Assembly: GCA_950097015.1 (NCBI GenBank)
Contig: CATNEN010000003.1
Location: 2,108,001-2,172,000 of the forward strand
DNA length: 64,000 nt
Reading direction: 5' to 3'
Source of the DNA: Macrostomum hystrix
Taxonomy: Eukaryota > Animalia > Platyhelminthes
The notes below the pieces were generated by a model, which was given only the letters and a program-made list of their open reading frames with translations, searched no databases and had not been told where the DNA came from. Both the position numbers and the translations under genes were made by a program. Every line of letters starts with the position of its first letter. Positions within the stretch are counted from its first letter, which is position 1. Positions 61,332-64,000 of this stretch are shown here, piece by piece.

Positions 61332-61913
61332 ATGGCAAGCTTTGGCACCGTCCTGGCGTGGTGGCTAGAAGTGGCCGCCACGGATTATCGCCGCGAACTG
61401 GCAGGGAAGAGGACCTGGCTGATGGTCCGCCTGTGGCTGTTACCCATGATAGGACGAGCGGCCCAAGCAGGCGTTGACCTCGCCCTTGCCTGCCAGCTGG
61501 CAGAATCTAGGTGGCTGGCCCAGGCGTGGTGCGAAGAGCGGGACCCTCTGCCGCCTAGGGGAGAAGACGAGGCAAACCTCCCTTGGAACCTGCGGTGGAT
61601 GGAGTACAGCCCGCCAGAGGATTGGAGCATTACCATCCCCGATGAGCTCGCGTCCTGGCTGCAAGCCAAGAGGATCCCAGGACAGGAAGAGTTGGAGCAC
61701 CAGCTGGTCATGCGCCGGATCGGGATGCCAGAGACCACCCTGCGGTCAGCGGCAGACCCGGATTGGCGTGAGTGGCTCCACGGACATCGCATCGCCGAAG
61801 AGCCACCGCCCGGGGACAGCACGCTCGGCCGCATGGTGAGAGAGATGGAAGGCGAAGAAGCTAGCGAGGGACCGGCGGAAAGTACGCCCATCAAGGAGGC
61901 GGCCGAAGAATAG
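61332..61913 (+). CDS. Unknown Trp/Glu-rich 193-aa ORF3 of the LTR element
   Basis: The ATG is in good context (GACATGG), the ORF is intact and GC-rich like gag, and it has no RT, IN or env motifs. Confidence 0.65.
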   Translation: MASFGTVLAWWLEVAATDYRRELAGKRTWLMVRLWLLPMIGRAAQAGVDLALACQLAESRWLAQAWCEERDPLPPRGEDEANLPWNLRWMEYSPPEDWSITIPDELASWLQAKRIPGQEELEHQLVMRRIGMPETTLRSAADPDWREWLHGHRIAEEPPPGDSTLGRMVREMEGEEASEGPAESTPIKEAAEE

Positions 61914-62171
61914 GAAAGCGCAAGGTAGGGTCAACAGAGGTAGTGACCGTAGAATAGTAGGAACAGGACCACTATCCGTTAGGCCCCTGTCCCCTGTCCC
62001 CCTTGTCCTTTTCCTTTCTTCTCTCCCCTTTAATAATAATTCGCACTCTGCACCGTTTGTTCTCTTCTTCCTATTGTGCATGTTTTCCCTTTTTCATCAA
62101 AGCCGCCTTGGCCAAAATTCTCACACAAAAAAAAATTCTTATAATTTTAGCCAAAACCACAAAAATACACA

Positions 62172-62715
62172 TAGTGGGGTGAAATTCCCCTGATACTTTT
62201 TACATAAGATGCTTATCTAATTGTAGCAAACTAGGGTATGCACCTTCTTTTCTTAAAGAGCATTTTACTTTAATCGCACCACATCATGCATGGCACCTCT
62301 GCCTTATCTTGTTCATGTTGGTGGGTCTGTGGGAGTTCAATTTAGGACAACTTCTAAATTAGGAGGGACACCAACCCGCTAAAGTGAGCGGGGTGGTATG
62401 CCTTGGGAAATTCTATGCTTTCTTTAAGGGTGGGAAGGAGGTTTCAAATCAAAAAGGCCATCTCGGCGCCAAACCCGCTTAAAAACTCATATAAACTAAT
62501 CAAAATCCAAAAACATATTTAGTGGGGTGAAACTCCCCTAGTACGAATTTTCGCATGAAATATTTTCGTAATAACTGCCGCAAACTAGGGTTCGCACCTA
62601 CTTTTCGCAAACTTGCTTATCTTACATGTTCTCTATGCTTGGTTTCGGGAGTTTAGCTATGCCGGTTTCTATTTAGGGGGTATACCAACCCGCTAAAGTG
62701 AGCGGGGTGGTATGT
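62172..62715 (+). repeat. Two diverged copies of a structured non-coding module (about 62172-62401 and 62520-62714)
   Basis: Shared blocks are TAGTGGGGTGAAAyTCCCCT, GCAAACTAGGGT..GCACCT and ACCAACCCGCTAAAGTGAGCGGGGTGGTATG. Confidence 0.8.
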
Positions 62716-64000
62716 TTCGGGAGTTTTTCTTAATGTTTGTTTAAAGAGTGGGCGGTTGTAAATCAAGAAGCCGGTAGGGTCAGGTATTCAAATTCTAGGG
62801 GAGACAATCTGGCTGTTTCAATGAGCGACAGATTTCAAAATGATAATTTTTCTTTTGTTAGGGCTAGAAAAGACAAGGAAACATTATTTAGGAGCCAGAA
62901 GCTAGCAGCTGGGAGTACAAATCTAGGTACCTAGGTAGTAATAAATCGTATGAATTAAGGCTCCAGACGTTTCAAAAACTCATTAACAGTCTATCAGTTA
63001 GTTTTTTGGTTACTAGGCGGTTGTAAAACTTGAGCAGTAATGTTTCGTCTAGGAAAGAAGTCGGGTAAAGATAGTGAGTTCTATTTTTTTTGCATATTCA
63101 AATATTGCTGGCAGAAGGTCTTAAGTTGGCACATTTTATTTACAAGTCCAGAGCGGTAGCACCATGTTGTTGAAAAATTAGGCATAAGTCAGGTTAAAAA
63201 GAAAAGGAACATTTAGACAGGGCAGCGTTACGTGGCGTGGCCGGCCCAGGAATAGTAGTGAGCGCCAGGTTTTTCACAGTAGAAAGGCGATTACGGCCAG
63301 AGCCAGAGCGACAGCAAAGATGCCGGCCGCCAGAACCGCGCCCAGTGGGCCCCGGATGAAGCCAAGAGCGATGGCGGCGACATCTTCTTCGCGGCCCTCG
63401 GGCACGTTCATGTCTGCAGGAGTGGGGTGGAAGAGAGGGGTAGTTAGTCAATGGAGTCTCAAATAGCGAAGCGCGGATGGGATAGACGTACGGGAGTGTC
63501 GGCACATTAATGATTAGACTTACTCAGAATAATTGACATGCTGATGGGTTCGCCGGAGCTGGCCCGCCGCCGAGGTGGATTTAAAAATCCGGGTAGGTAG
63601 TCACTGAAAGAAGAAAGGGGGTAGTTATGACAGATAGCGACAGAATAGCGTGGGGATTCGCAATCTAAATAACTCTCAATTTAACCAATTGTTAACTAAG
63701 GGGGGGGGGTTTTCACCTTATTGGGTCGGGGTCAGTTTCAAATTTTGGGGATCAGTAGGCGTGCCGTGGGTGAAGGGAGACTCTGTTTATTCTAATTCTT
63801 ATGCAATAACCCTCGCAATAATCCTTAATAACCGGCCTTGGGGGCCGAGTAGAAGAAAAAACTCACCTTTCTCCGTCAGGTTGCTGCCGGGCCATTAGGT
63901 AGTCAGGACGTACGCGATTCACAAGGATGTCAGATTCAGTATGGCGGCAATTGCAGTCAGATTTATTTTTGTGTTTACGAGATAACAGGCTTGAGGTTAA

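Larger units (their letters stand above)
56043..64000 (+). mobile_element. LTR retroelement (Ty3/Gypsy-like) lacking RT, RNase H and integrase in the window; 3' LTR not seen
   Basis: Composition shifts at about 56043 (TG). A CA end at 58376 is followed by a PBS, a long leader, gag, pro and ORF3. Confidence 0.7.

Noticed and set aside
63341-63349. CCCAGTGGG as the partner TIR of CCCACTGGG at 48610
   Set aside because: It is only a 9-bp match with no subterminal ACGTCG repeats, and it lies inside the LTR element.
63695-63715. G-run as the polypurine tract before a 3' LTR
   Set aside because: It is not followed by TG, and the downstream sequence does not match the putative 5' LTR.

Overview
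This is repeat-dense animal genomic DNA. GT-AG introns, the standard code and the TE spectrum point to an invertebrate, possibly a flatworm such as Macrostomum (inference only). Host genes are few: the last exon of an ankyrin-repeat, glutaminase-like gene (141-438), a 6-exon secreted protein with two F-type lectin domains and a PAN domain (19195-22016, minus), and an intronless Q-rich orphan ORF (23320-24960, minus). The rest is nested mobile DNA. (1) An internally deleted Polinton/Maverick (2279-18590) has 449-bp TIRs and a TTGAGG TSD. It carries a spliced, truncated pPolB, an integrase N-terminal stub, a PC4-like gene and an unknown Cys-rich ORF. Two head-to-tail non-autonomous Helitrons carrying 23-bp and 18-bp satellites sit inside it. 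(2) A Mutator-type MITE and a SINE. (3) Decayed P/THAP9 transposases, LINE and Gypsy fragments, and a third satellite-bearing Helitron end. (4) A cluster of EnSpm/CACTA-type elements, one complete at 49177-55133, interrupted by an RTE-type LINE with a 2A-like peptide. (5) From about 56043 to the window end, an LTR element with a tRNA-Leu-like PBS, gag, and a protease reached by a canonical -1 frameshift signal. It has no RT, RNase H or integrase in the window, but it carries an unknown third ORF and duplicated structured RNA modules. This last element and the Polinton are the most unusual systems here.
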